Of a stretch of 64,000 bases of DNA, positions 1 through 10,129 are shown one piece after another. The DNA is from Candidatus Altimarinota bacterium (GTDB lineage: Bacteria; Patescibacteriota; Gracilibacteria; JBDHUY01), in NCBI GenBank assembly GCA_039809385.1, contig JBDHUY010000011.1, positions 2,132 to 66,131 of the forward strand, read 5' to 3'. The position numbers and the translations under genes were made by a program. Position 1 is the first letter of the stretch. Each line of letters opens with the position of its first letter. Below the pieces are notes generated by a model. That model had not been told where the DNA came from. It did no database searches and saw only the letters and a list, made by a program, of their open reading frames with translations.

Positions 1-2523
1 GAAAAACAACATATTCGTTTCATCTGCAAAAAATATATCCGATATGCCCGATAAATTCGGACCGTATTGAGGAACATCCACTTTGAGAGATATGTTGTGA
101 AGATCATAGGTTCCGTTTATTTGGGGAATTTTGAGAAAAAACTGTTCGATGAAATTAAAATGCGGAGAAAACGGTAATCCGGAAGTATACCCCCGTGTTG
201 CCGGTATCCATAGATTGTTCTCTGTATCAATAAAAAATTGCTGCGCAAGGGTTGTTTTGGACAGATCATACGGCAGCGTAGGATCATCAAAAAAGAGGTC
301 TCCTACGAGATGGGGGTTCTCCGGATTGGAAACAATGCTGATATGACTGGCAGGTACCCCGGACACATACTGGGTATCGCCCAGCAATAACAATACATCA
401 TCTCCGGTCAGTAATGACCCGGACCCGCTGAGCGTACTGCCGGATCCGGTAAAAAGCGCGGATTGAAAACCTCTCGCTTGGAAATTATTAGATGGGTAGT
501 AATCTGGGAATAATGATTGATCAACCTGAACCTGAAATGGAATTTCCTGAATTCCACCCTGAGCATCCAGCGTCAGGAGTTGACGATGATCAGTGCTGTT
601 CGCGTCATAAAAATAGTTCTGGACATCATACAACGTACGTCCTTTCCGGGCCAGTAAGGCAAAGGTAAAACCATTTTTAGAAACATCAACCTGATCCGTC
701 GGATCGGCCGTGGGCACGACGCGGAGGGAAGATCCGTGTTCAAAAAAGAGCGAGTTGCCGTCGGAGTATAACAAACGATCGTTATAGGGAATATTGGACG
801 CCATTTTATACGTAGGAATCGAAATTTCATGAACCTGATCGTACGCTCCGGATTGCGAGTAATCGTAGGTCTGTAATATCTCCGGGGCTACACCGTCATA
901 GTGACCTGTCACAACGTCGCCTATCTGTACTTCCAAGATATTATTATCTACGGAAAAAGTCCCTTCGGAAACCGGGATCTGGCCAAAGAAATTCGATCCG
1001 CCTCCGCCGGTTAACGTAAGATGCTCCTGGTCTGAAGAAGAGGTTGCCAATGTCACAACCGGATTTTCCCCCTGATCCAGGTTCGGATCGGTAAGCTGAA
1101 TATACAGTGTCTGCGGTGGAGCCAGATTCGAAATCGGAACGGTATGTCCGGGATCGGAAAAATAGCGGATGGTCGCCGGCTGAACGTTGATCTGGACGGT
1201 ATCTTCGGCAAAAACAGTCGGATTATAGTAATCCGACACACGGAACTTCAGTACATACACTCCGTTTACATCAGGGGTAAAAGCGGCATTTTCCTGACTG
1301 GCATTGCTAATATCGGCGTCGGTACGGGTACTGCCGGCGGGAACAGTGACAAAAGACCAGCTTTGCTGCGTATAATATCCGTTCGGATTCGTAATCGTTC
1401 CTGTAAGGGAAACTGGACTAGCGCTTAGAATCTCCTGGTTTGGTCCGGCATTTACCATAAACGGAGGATCGATCACCTCCAGAATAACCGTATCTTCGCG
1501 GGTAATACCTTCGGACGTATTGGTGGCAGTCAGTTTCAGTTCGTATGTTCCGACAACATCTGTCACAAAGATCGCCTGAGCCTGATTGCTGTTTTGCAGC
1601 TGAGGATGACTGCCGCCGGGAGAAGTAACAATTTCCCACAAAATAGATACCGGATCCCCCGAAGCAAGGGAAACTTGCCCTTGCAGGTCGTAAGGTACCT
1701 GAACAGCCACATTGGCATCCGGACCGGCATTGACGACCGGCACACGCGGATCAGGCGGGATAAACAAAATCGCATGTTCGGGGGTCAAATACTGACCGTA
1801 CTGATAATTGAGATCATTCGCTCCTATGTAATAATAATTGATCCCGTTGTAAAAATTCAGATACGAAAAAAGGTAAGCATTGAGCCCCGGATCAGGATTG
1901 TTGTGAAACTGAAGGAGAACATTCCCATCCGGACTTAGAATAATCTGGTAAGAATAGGAAAGATCGTGGGTATTATAGCTGCTATCGTAGGCACTCATCA
2001 TGACCTGATCGAACTCGACGATGAAGCGGTCATTGTCGGCATCGAACCAGTAATAAACAGTTTGCGGCTGGCCGATGACACTCTCCCATCCCGTGGCGAA
2101 AATGGCATTATTGGGAAAAGGAGGATAGGTCGGAGTATCGTCGAAAAGGACATACCCGTTGGCCCCGATTTTTATCGAAGTTTTAGATTCGCCAAAAAAA
2201 GGGAATGAAAAGCCCAGCGGTACGGATGGAGATAGATCGACCGAATAATAATCCGTACGATTGAGCACCAGTGCCGTTGCGGACGGATTCGCATTCAGTT
2301 CGACCCACTGGGGAACCGGGGGCTCGGGGGGGAGACCATCACTGGGTTCCTGGGAATCGATAACCGTATACCCCCCCGTTGCCCCTGCCGGGTTCGGATC
2401 ACCACCGTACAACGCCTCGACTTTGGGAACGGTGGCCACGATCAGATTGGCGCAGGCGATTTGCAAGAAAAAAAGCCCGATCGTAAAACCGGAAACGGCT
2501 TTCTTATACATTCCCATCCACAT
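1..2523 (-). CDS. Large secreted/cell-surface protein with PKD/Ig-like repeats; N-terminus in window, C-terminus beyond left edge (partial, 841 codons visible)
   Basis: Hand translation of the minus strand from ATG 2523..2521 stays open to position 1. It reads MWMGMYKKAVSGFTIGLFFLQIACANLIVA..., then two 'VNAGP[DN]...G[TV]Y.LK...D..V..V' PKD-like repeats. It is not in the supplied ORF track because it has no stop inside the window. Confidence 0.8.
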   Translation of the reverse strand, partial: MWMGMYKKAVSGFTIGLFFLQIACANLIVATVPKVEALYGGDPNPAGATGGYTVIDSQEPSDGLPPEPPVPQWVELNANPSATALVLNRTDYYSVDLSPSVPLGFSFPFFGESKTSIKIGANGYVLFDDTPTYPPFPNNAIFATGWESVIGQPQTVYYWFDADNDRFIVEFDQVMMSAYDSSYNTHDLSYSYQIILSPDGNVLLQFHNNPDPGLNAYLFSYLNFYNGINYYYIGANDLNYQYGQYLTPEHAILFIPPDPRVPVVNAGPDANVAVQVPYDLQGQVSLASGDPVSILWEIVTSPGGSHPQLQNSNQAQAIFVTDVVGTYELKLTATNTSEGITREDTVILEVIDPPFMVNAGPNQEILSASPVSLTGTITNPNGYYTQQSWSFVTVPAGSTRTDADISNASQENAAFTPDVNGVYVLKFRVSDYYNPTVFAEDTVQINVQPATIRYFSDPGHTVPISNLAPPQTLYIQLTDPNLDQGENPVVTLATSSSDQEHLTLTGGGGSNFFGQIPVSEGTFSVDNNILEVQIGDVVTGHYDGVAPEILQTYDYSQSGAYDQVHEISIPTYKMASNIPYNDRLLYSDGNSLFFEHGSSLRVVPTADPTDQVDVSKNGFTFALLARKGRTLYDVQNYFYDANSTDHRQLLTLDAQGGIQEIPFQVQVDQSLFPDYYPSNNFQARGFQSALFTGSGSTLSGSGSLLTGDDVLLLLGDTQYVSGVPASHISIVSNPENPHLVGDLFFDDPTLPYDLSKTTLAQQFFIDTENNLWIPATRGYTSGLPFSPHFNFIEQFFLKIPQINGTYDLHNISLKVDVPQYGPNLSGISDIFFADETNMLFF

Positions 2524-2637
2524 AGTTTGTATTTTTATTTGATAAATTTCGAGTTTTTTTGAAGTTCTCACATCTTATTATAGAATATTTCATACGAAAA
2601 ATAAACATTTTATCGTCTTTAAAACCTCAAGACTACA

Positions 2638-3534
2638 ATGACAAGTTTCAGCATTCTGATCTGCGCATATAACGAAGAGAGAAACATCGTCGCGCTCATC
2701 CGGTCGATCTTTCGCCAAAGTCTTTCTATCGGAATTTTGTTCGATTCTCTGGTTATCGTGGCGGACGGTTGTACCGATCTGACCGAAACACTCATACGTC
2801 GAGAAACTGAGGCAAATGATAAAATTCGCCTTGTTTGTCATAAAATCCGGTTGGGAAAAGCATTGGCGTTTAACCAAGGCAAACAACAAATACACAGCGA
2901 TTTTCTTCTCTCATTGGACGGAGATATTCTTCTGCCGGACGACAATATATTCGATCGGGTACTGACCAAGGCAATTAGGGAAAAGATCGACCTGGCAGCG
3001 GTAGAAAACCGGCCGGTTACGATAGAAACGGGGATATACAATATCGGGTATCAGGCGAGCCGCGGGAAACATGCCATCCGGAAGATCTTGCAGGACAGTA
3101 AGGACGTCACAAACAACCTCTACTGCGCTACCGGCAGATTGATGCTCCTTTCAAAAAAATTATATACCCCGCTGACACTCCCCGACGAACCTGGCACAGA
3201 TCTGAATATGTATCTGTTTTGCCGGAAGAACGATCTATCGTTTCAGTATTTCTCCGACATTTTTGTATACTTCCGGCTTCCGGCAACCATGCGGGACTAT
3301 ATCTGGCAGTATATACGCACCAGGACTGTATTGACCAGATCGGAAACGAAAAAGCAAACGAATCATCCTCGCATAAACTCTTCCGTACTGGTGAAAGCTT
3401 TACAAGCCGATCCGGCAGGATTCTTATGTTTTTTGTTGCTGGCATTTCCGGCGGAGCTGGCATTTTTATACGCACGCTATATATCAAAAAAAGCCCAACA
3501 ATCACGCTGGGTATACCTGGATTCGACCAAGTAA
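2638..3534 (+). CDS. Glycosyltransferase family 2
   Basis: N-terminal 'SILICAYNEERNI' and 'SLDGDILLPDD' (DxD-like) motifs typical of GT2. Confidence 0.8.
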   Translation: MTSFSILICAYNEERNIVALIRSIFRQSLSIGILFDSLVIVADGCTDLTETLIRRETEANDKIRLVCHKIRLGKALAFNQGKQQIHSDFLLSLDGDILLPDDNIFDRVLTKAIREKIDLAAVENRPVTIETGIYNIGYQASRGKHAIRKILQDSKDVTNNLYCATGRLMLLSKKLYTPLTLPDEPGTDLNMYLFCRKNDLSFQYFSDIFVYFRLPATMRDYIWQYIRTRTVLTRSETKKQTNHPRINSSVLVKALQADPAGFLCFLLLAFPAELAFLYARYISKKAQQSRWVYLDSTK

Positions 3535-3540
3535 TGTCCG

Positions 3541-6141
3541 CTATTTCCTGGCCGGTTTCTTGACCGGTTCTTCTTTTTCCTGTCCCATACTTTCGGCCCA
3601 GCGACGGATTTTATCTTCGACGATCTCACGACTCTTTCCGTAGCGCTCCCTGGATACTTTTTGGACCTTGTCTTTTTGCAGATCGGCATTTTCTACTTTC
3701 ATCGGCGGAAACGTATTGGCAGAAAAGGTGTTTGTGGGCATGTTATCGACCAGCATTTTCAGATACACGAAACCGCGGGGAAGCTGGAGCAAATCCTTGG
3801 GCAGGATCTCCTCGTTAAACTGGCTTTGCAGATATTCGGCATCGTCAAAACCAACCTGAAACGAGACCATCGAACCGACATTGCCAAAGACCGCGTCGCG
3901 TACCTCTTCAGGCATCTGAGCGATATATTGGTTCGCAATAACCAGGTTTAAACGATACTTGCGGGCTTCGGACAGGATTGTGGCGAAAGCGTTGGTGGCA
4001 AAATTCTGAAACTCGTCCACGTACAGGTAAAAATCGTTACGGTCCTTTTCGGCCATATCGGCCCGGCTCATGGCATCCAGCTGAAAGCGCGTGACAAACA
4101 TCGAGCCCAGCAAGGCGCTGTTATCTTCGCCGATCTTGCCTTTGGACAAGTTTACGATGACGATCTTCTTGTTATCCATCGCCCAACGGATCTGAAAAGC
4201 TGATTTGGGTTGTCCCAGAATATTACGGATGATCGAACTGGATAAAAACTGTCCGACCTTGTTCTGGATCGGAGAAATCGCTTCGATTCGCTGTTTATCG
4301 GACATTTTATTATACTCGCTCACCCAGAAATTCTTAACCAGAGGATCGCTCACCTTGGCCACCACCTTTTCGCGGAAATCGTCGTCAGTGAGTATTCGCA
4401 TGATTGCCAGCATGGTCGAATTGGGATATTCGAGCAAGGACAGGATAGTGTTACGCAAAATATATTCCAGGCGCGGGCCCCACGAATCGGCATACAGTTT
4501 TTTAAAGACGCCAACCAGTCCCGACGCCACCAGATTGCGCTGCTCTGGACTGACTTGCTCGATCATATTGAACGCCAGCGGGTACTGCACGTCGGACGGA
4601 TCGAAGACGATCACATCGTTGGTACGTTTCGCCGGCACGAAACTCATCGCCTTCTCGGCCAGATCGCCGTGGGGATCGATCACCGCCAGACCATTGCCGT
4701 TTTGAATATCGGCATAGATCATATTCTCCAACAAAGTCGACTTTCCCATACCGGTTTTACCAATGATATACAGATGCCGGCGGCGATCTTCGCGTTTCAT
4801 ACCAAAAGGTTTACGCTGATCGCGGAAATTGCTTTCGCCTAACGGCGTGACTTCCGGATTGCCGGCCGTTAGAAGCGGAACCTTCTGGGGAGGCGCCAGA
4901 GTCTTAGAGGTGATAACGGCAATATTGTGAACTTCGATCGTACTGATCGGCAGATGAAAGACCGAGGCCAGTTCCTCTGCATTCAGAATAAAGGCCGGGT
5001 CCATTGCCCGGTTCAGGGCAGCGCTCAGAATAAGCTGCCGGTTGCGATTGGTGGAAACGATTTTGAACCCGTTCAGGTGCGGCAAATTAAATTGCTTGAA
5101 ACTTCCGGCGATTTCCCGCACTTTCGATTCGGCGGCACGCATATCGGCGTTATCGGTCGCATAAACGATCCGGATCGCTACTTTAAAGCCAAGCTTGGCG
5201 ATTTTGCCCAGCATCGAATTTTTGATCGTATCGTCCCGAATCTCTTCACCGCGCTGAATTTTCTCCAGTTCGTCCAAAGCCGAAGAGTCTTTGGGCAGAA
5301 AAGCACGAATGACGTTCCGCAAGATGGCGAAAGGGAAGAGCAGGATAGTTATACCTTTGAGCAGAAGCTCATTCTGCATGCTCCATTGTAAAAACGCCAG
5401 ACGCATCTTGGATGCGAAAGACGAAGCGTTCGAAGCTAATTGAATATGCCGTAAACCGGCTTTGTGCCAATTGTCCGCCAAGGGCGAAAAAATGATCTGT
5501 ACTACCGCCTTGTCTTCGGCCTGATGAAGTTTGGAAAGAGAAGAGACGATTCCGGAGAGCGAATCATAGGTTTTCTTGGCGATCGCATCCTCAAACTGCC
5601 GGTACTTTTTGATCGGATAAACATACGGCTCCTGAAGGGATAATTTAGCGCTGATAAGGGATTTTTTCTGTGTCAGCGTTTCTCCGTAATCTTTGCGTTC
5701 GTAAATTTCGATATCCGGATACTGGGCATACAGTTGGCTTTCAAACAACTCTTTCAGATCGGAACGGATCCATACGTAAAATCGTATTAAATCGCCGAAA
5801 TTGGCTATTTCGATACTGATACGCGGCTGCACGTCGCCAAACCAGCGGCTGACAGAATTTCTTTTCTGATAGATACTGTGCAGACTGGAGAAGACCTGTT
5901 CGGCCGCCAAAGGGCCGCGTTGCTCTTCTTCGCTGTTTTTGGAAACGATAATTTCCAGCAGAATATGATCATGTGCCAGTTCCTCACCCCGTTTCAGACG
6001 TTGCCGCTGAAAAAGCGATGTAAGCCCCAAAACTACCACAATTCCATAGATACTAAGCAGAAGCCACACTATTGCCATACATACATTACAAGATACGGTA
6101 ATTTGGGGAGAATTTACAACCCAAGGACTATTATCCGGCAA
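3541..6141 (-). CDS. Membrane-anchored P-loop ATPase of the FtsK/HerA superfamily, TraG/TraD/VirD4 (T4SS coupling-protein)-like
   Basis: N-terminal TM (MAIVWLLLSIYGIVVVLGLTSLF). Walker A 'IIGKTGMGKSTLLENM', Walker B 'FYLYVDEFQNF', and 'EARKYRLNLVIANQ' arginine/Q motif. Confidence 0.7.
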   Translation of the reverse strand: MPDNSPWVVNSPQITVSCNVCMAIVWLLLSIYGIVVVLGLTSLFQRQRLKRGEELAHDHILLEIIVSKNSEEEQRGPLAAEQVFSSLHSIYQKRNSVSRWFGDVQPRISIEIANFGDLIRFYVWIRSDLKELFESQLYAQYPDIEIYERKDYGETLTQKKSLISAKLSLQEPYVYPIKKYRQFEDAIAKKTYDSLSGIVSSLSKLHQAEDKAVVQIIFSPLADNWHKAGLRHIQLASNASSFASKMRLAFLQWSMQNELLLKGITILLFPFAILRNVIRAFLPKDSSALDELEKIQRGEEIRDDTIKNSMLGKIAKLGFKVAIRIVYATDNADMRAAESKVREIAGSFKQFNLPHLNGFKIVSTNRNRQLILSAALNRAMDPAFILNAEELASVFHLPISTIEVHNIAVITSKTLAPPQKVPLLTAGNPEVTPLGESNFRDQRKPFGMKREDRRRHLYIIGKTGMGKSTLLENMIYADIQNGNGLAVIDPHGDLAEKAMSFVPAKRTNDVIVFDPSDVQYPLAFNMIEQVSPEQRNLVASGLVGVFKKLYADSWGPRLEYILRNTILSLLEYPNSTMLAIMRILTDDDFREKVVAKVSDPLVKNFWVSEYNKMSDKQRIEAISPIQNKVGQFLSSSIIRNILGQPKSAFQIRWAMDNKKIVIVNLSKGKIGEDNSALLGSMFVTRFQLDAMSRADMAEKDRNDFYLYVDEFQNFATNAFATILSEARKYRLNLVIANQYIAQMPEEVRDAVFGNVGSMVSFQVGFDDAEYLQSQFNEEILPKDLLQLPRGFVYLKMLVDNMPTNTFSANTFPPMKVENADLQKDKVQKVSRERYGKSREIVEDKIRRWAESMGQEKEEPVKKPARK

Positions 6142-6184
6142 AGACTGATATTTTACAAAACGTTTTTATGAGGCGCGCGGAATA

Positions 6185-7480
6185 TCAGAACCATTTGTTG
6201 TTCGATGACCAGAAGTCGGTATGAAAAACATAAAGATGATCGCCTGCTTGAAAGATGAGCATAGTATGAGAAACATCGAACCATACGACCCGCACTGGCA
6301 GATCAAGGGAAAGGAAATCGGAACAGATCGCATTAGCCGTATCGCATAAAACGATACGGTTTCCTGTGGATACAAACAACTGATGAGGAAAAGCACCAAA
6401 CGCAAGTCCGCTCACCGGATCTTTGAAGCGGGTAATCAAAACAGATTTATGGTCGCTGTTGTCATACTGATAAACACTATAGAGCGATGAATATGCTGTG
6501 ACACCGGTAGGATGAACTCCGGCATGCAGAATTCCCTCTTCTACGATTTTCCCATCGACATAGAGTCGTCCGTCGAAGAAAAGAGCATTGGATATTGTTA
6601 CTGGAGTGACACGTTCCAGAGGGCAAAAGTTCTCGGCGGTTTTGAGTATTCCGAGCGATCCTTCAGCTTGTAAACGACTGAGCAGAATCCGATAGGATTG
6701 CTGACTGGCAAGATTACAGTAGAGTAAAACGGTATCGATCAGCGCCGCCCCGGAGATACCGGACAGAATACGTTCCTTTTTTCCCGAAAGCAGCGATAAT
6801 TGAAATAAATTATGATCTTCGATAAAAAAGAGCGTGTCGGGGTTGCGCGAAGACAAAAATATCCGGCTTACTCTACTGGTATCCAGCCTGATCGGTTCCC
6901 ATTCCCGACTGGTCAGATTCAAATGGTATACCCCCGTAGAGGTCTCCAGGATGAGCTGCTGCGAAGTACGCGTCAGCAGGCTCTTTACCTCGCCGGAAAA
7001 CGGTAAATCCAAAAGATGTACTTCGTTACGTTCTTTATCCAGCAACCATCCGATATGCGCCGAATTGTTAACCAATAAGATAAAACTTTCATTCTCGATA
7101 CTTTGATCGGCCTGAAATCCCACGTATTCGAGAAATGGTAGGGGGTTTTGCGGTACCAGATAGAGATTTTTTAGAACGGCAGCATACTGTTCCTGGATTT
7201 CGATCGGCTTGGATAAAGGAACAAAACCGGGTTTGCGTATTTCCAGAAAATGCGTTCCCAGATCCAAATCGTCGACGATCACCGGCGTATGTTCTGCCAC
7301 AATGCGGCCGTCTAAAAATACACTGGCTGAACTGGGATACACCGAAATATCGGCTACACCGGTTTTTCGGATGGTATTTTCTTCAAAATCGAACCGATAT
7401 CCGGCCACATTAAACAGCGCATACATCGACAACAGCAAGAACAGAGTGACTTTGAGAACCAAATGCCGTACGTGATGCAT
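6185..7480 (-). CDS. PEGA domain-containing membrane-anchored protein
   Basis: N-terminal TM, then 'ISVYPSSASVFLDGRIVAEHTPVIVDDLDLGTHFLEIRKPGFVP', which fits the PEGA fold signature. The remainder looks beta-rich. Confidence 0.65.
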   Translation of the reverse strand: MHHVRHLVLKVTLFLLLSMYALFNVAGYRFDFEENTIRKTGVADISVYPSSASVFLDGRIVAEHTPVIVDDLDLGTHFLEIRKPGFVPLSKPIEIQEQYAAVLKNLYLVPQNPLPFLEYVGFQADQSIENESFILLVNNSAHIGWLLDKERNEVHLLDLPFSGEVKSLLTRTSQQLILETSTGVYHLNLTSREWEPIRLDTSRVSRIFLSSRNPDTLFFIEDHNLFQLSLLSGKKERILSGISGAALIDTVLLYCNLASQQSYRILLSRLQAEGSLGILKTAENFCPLERVTPVTISNALFFDGRLYVDGKIVEEGILHAGVHPTGVTAYSSLYSVYQYDNSDHKSVLITRFKDPVSGLAFGAFPHQLFVSTGNRIVLCDTANAICSDFLSLDLPVRVVWFDVSHTMLIFQAGDHLYVFHTDFWSSNNKWF

Positions 7481-7493
7481 AGAAAAACAAAAG

Positions 7494-7907
7494 CTAGATC
7501 AGTACCCCGGCAAACGTGAGACCTACTCCTAACGCAATCCCGACCAAAACTTCCAACGGGGTGTGTCCCAACGATTCGTTCAGTCGTTCGTTGCCCGAAG
7601 CATTTCTCAATTGGTTGAGCAGAGCAGCATGACGGCCGGCTTGAAAACGAATATTAAGCGCATCATAGACCACAATACTCCCAAAAATAAAACATGCTGC
7701 GAATAGAAACGAGTCAGTACCTTGCAAGTAGCCTGCCAACGTGGTCAGGGAAGCAACCGTAGCGCTGTGAACCGACGGCATCCCCCCGGTGGTAAACAGA
7801 TAGCGTCGATCATATTTTCGTCCGATCAGGCGAATCACTACCTTAAGCGACTGGCAGAGAAACCATACGATCGCCGGGAGAAGTAACGGATGGTGTGTCA
7901 AAATCAT
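7494..7907 (-). CDS. Divergent PAP2 family (DUF212, acid phosphatase/haloperoxidase-related) membrane protein
   Basis: 'TTGGMPSVHSATVASL' and 'RFQAGRH' motifs; 137 aa polytopic. Confidence 0.75.
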   Translation of the reverse strand: MILTHHPLLLPAIVWFLCQSLKVVIRLIGRKYDRRYLFTTGGMPSVHSATVASLTTLAGYLQGTDSFLFAACFIFGSIVVYDALNIRFQAGRHAALLNQLRNASGNERLNESLGHTPLEVLVGIALGVGLTFAGVLI

Positions 7908-7989
7908 AGAAAATTCTTAATACCAAAATCCAAATGTCAAAAGAAATCCCAATATCAGAGTTCAAACAGATTCATAGCTATAGGTAGAC

Positions 7990-8050
7990 ATTTGAAATTT
8001 GAGTTTGGTATTTGAGATTGAGATTTGGCATTTTTATTTTGAGCTTTGAC
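7990..8050. repeat. TTTGA-word block (approx. 7-nt periodic)
   Basis: atttgaa|atttgag|tttggta|tttgaga|ttgagat|ttggcat|...|ttgagct|ttgacgt. Confidence 0.6.
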
Positions 8051-8224
8051 GTTTTTCCGAACTACATGGTTGCAACACTCGTATTGGGTAATGGTATTAT
8101 TCCTATGACGAAGCAGTATCACTATACCTATTTTGAAACGAAACACCAGATAAGCGTATATACGAAAAAAGCCCAAAGAGTTTGTCGAGAAAGAAGCGTG
8201 AATAAGGATGAATTATCACGATAA

Positions 8225-8725
8225 TTATTTCACTTCAACGATTTTATACTCGAATATTCCTGCCGGTACTTTTACTTTGACCGTATCGCCTTTTTTCTTA
8301 TCCAAAATAGTATTGCCGATCGGAGATTCGTTAGAGATGCGACCGTTTAACGGATCAGCTTCCATGGAACCGACGATCGTATAGGTTTCGGGCGGATCTT
8401 TTTCGGTCAGGTTTTGTAACGTAACGGTGGAACCGATTTGTACGACGCTTCCGGAAGTTCCGGCATGCGCCGCCTCTTGTACCACGTCTTCGATCATCTC
8501 GACATTCTTCAGCTGCAATTCGAGTTCGACAATGCGGGCTTCCACCAAAGCTTGTTCTTCTTTAGCCTCCTGATATTCGGCATTTTCCGACAGATCGCCG
8601 AATTCCAGAGCGCGCTTCAGCTTGGCGGCAATCTCCGGACGGCGTACTTCCTTGAGATTCTGCAGCTCATTTGTCAATTGTTTGAGACCTTCCTGTGTCA
8701 GAAATACTGTTTTTTTGCGTTTCAT
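8225..8725 (-). CDS. greA: Transcription elongation factor GreA
   Basis: 'LTQEGLKQLTNELQNLK..RPEIAAKLKRALEFGDLSENAEYQEAKEEQ', the canonical GreA N-terminal coiled coil plus C-terminal domain. Confidence 0.95.
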   Translation of the reverse strand: MKRKKTVFLTQEGLKQLTNELQNLKEVRRPEIAAKLKRALEFGDLSENAEYQEAKEEQALVEARIVELELQLKNVEMIEDVVQEAAHAGTSGSVVQIGSTVTLQNLTEKDPPETYTIVGSMEADPLNGRISNESPIGNTILDKKKGDTVKVKVPAGIFEYKIVEVK

Positions 8726-8776
8726 GGGGGGACGGGTATTAGGTATAAAGTATTACGTATTATGTATGGGAACAGG
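8726..8776 (+). repeat. GTAT-heptad element, copy 1
   Basis: gtattag|gtataaa|gtattac|gtattat|gtatggg|aacagg, preceded by a G-run. Confidence 0.8.
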
Positions 8777-8865
8777 AAGAAATCTTATGATGAGGATGAA
8801 AAGCTCAATGACAACGATACAATAACACTTCTAGTCAAAATCTCTGATACGCACTCTATTAAAAT

Positions 8866-8914
8866 CTGTCCCTATACTTTATACATAATACTTCATACCT
8901 TATACTCCTGCCCC
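8866..8914 (-). repeat. GTAT-heptad element, copy 2 (inverted relative to copy 1)
   Basis: The reverse complement reads ggggcaggagtataag|gtatgaa|gtattat|gtataaa|gtatagg|gacag. Confidence 0.8.
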
Positions 8915-8918
8915 TATC

Positions 8919-10034
8919 CTACGACTTGATCTTGACACTCATCGGATGATCTTTGAGCTTCTGCAAAACCTTCGCTTCGATCTGGCGGATGCGTTCGCGG
9001 GTGACTCCGAAATCGCGGCCTACTTCTTCCAACGTATGCGGCATACCGTCGAGCAATCCAAACCGCATGATAATAATCTTTTTTTCGCGGGGAGAGAGAT
9101 ACTGCAGCATATCGTGAATGTTTTCACGCAAAATCTGCAGATGCGTTGATTCGTCCGGAGTGGTATTTTCATCGTCCTGGATAAAGTCTTTCAGGACACT
9201 GTCGTCTTCGGCTCCAACCGGGGCTTCCAAGGATACGATATCCTGGGATATCTTCATGATATGGTCGACCTTCTTCACGTCCATGCCCATTTCGGCAGCG
9301 ATCTCTTCGGGCAACGGTTCTCGTCCCAATTCCTGCACCAGACGGCGCTGGGTATGGGTAAACTTGTTGATGGTCTCGACCATGTGTACCGGAATCCGGA
9401 TCGTCCGGGCCTGGTCGGCAATTGCCCGGGTAATAGCCTGACGGATCCACCAGGTAGCATACGTGGAAAACTTGAATCCGCGCTCGGGATCGAATTTTTC
9501 TACGGCACGAAACAGACCGATATTTCCCTCCTGGATAAGATCGAGAAATGAGAGTCCGCGGCCGATATATTTCTTGGCGATACTGACAACAAGACGCAAA
9601 TTAGCCTCAACTAATTTACGTTTAGCATCTTTGTCGCCTTTGGCAATGGCGCGCCCCAGCGTCACTTCCTGTTCGGCATTCAACAGCGGAACATTACCGA
9701 TTTCACTCAAGTACATCCGTACCGAGTCGTCGGAAATGTCCTGCAAATCGATCTCTTTTCGAGGATCCTCTTCTTCTTCTTTGGCACTTTTCTTGTCGTT
9801 GGTAAAAATAGCGTCTTTCGTATCGATGATCTCTATGTTGAGATCCAGAAAGAGCGTATAGATATCGTCCAGCAAGATGAGATTGTCCTCGGCCTCGGGC
9901 ATCGCCTTCAAAAGTTCCTGGTAGGTGATGAATCCCTGTTTTCGCCCTTTTTGAACCAGCGGTTTCAGCTGTTCGGGAACAAGCGCGAGCTGATCGTCCT
10001 GAAAAGAACTGATGCTTTTCTTGGCCTTACCCAT
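8919..10034 (-). CDS. rpoD: RNA polymerase sigma factor RpoD (sigma-70)
   Basis: Regions 1.2-4.2 are recognisable ('[30 protein letters not shown]', '[20 protein letters not shown]'). Confidence 0.95.
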   Translation of the reverse strand: MGKAKKSISSFQDDQLALVPEQLKPLVQKGRKQGFITYQELLKAMPEAEDNLILLDDIYTLFLDLNIEIIDTKDAIFTNDKKSAKEEEEDPRKEIDLQDISDDSVRMYLSEIGNVPLLNAEQEVTLGRAIAKGDKDAKRKLVEANLRLVVSIAKKYIGRGLSFLDLIQEGNIGLFRAVEKFDPERGFKFSTYATWWIRQAITRAIADQARTIRIPVHMVETINKFTHTQRRLVQELGREPLPEEIAAEMGMDVKKVDHIMKISQDIVSLEAPVGAEDDSVLKDFIQDDENTTPDESTHLQILRENIHDMLQYLSPREKKIIIMRFGLLDGMPHTLEEVGRDFGVTRERIRQIEAKVLQKLKDHPMSVKIKS

Positions 10035-10129
10035 GAGGGGAACGAGTTACAAAGTAGAAACCGGACGACTGGAACGAAAAACCGTATGCGACTACCGGAG
10101 GCGGACACGATTTTGCTCGAAATTTTCAT

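Noticed and set aside
1-2540. Absence of long ORFs in the supplied track suggested non-coding DNA or an alternative genetic code (e.g. UGA recoding).
   Set aside because: The minus strand is a continuous standard-code ORF from 2523 to the window edge. The track simply omits ORFs that lack a stop in the window. All other long genes read cleanly with the standard code.
3541-6141. Conjugative element or ICE interpretation of the TraG/VirD4-like ATPase.
   Set aside because: No relaxase, integrase, oriT-like repeat, VirB4/B6/B8-like genes or att duplications lie nearby. The neighbours are envelope genes.
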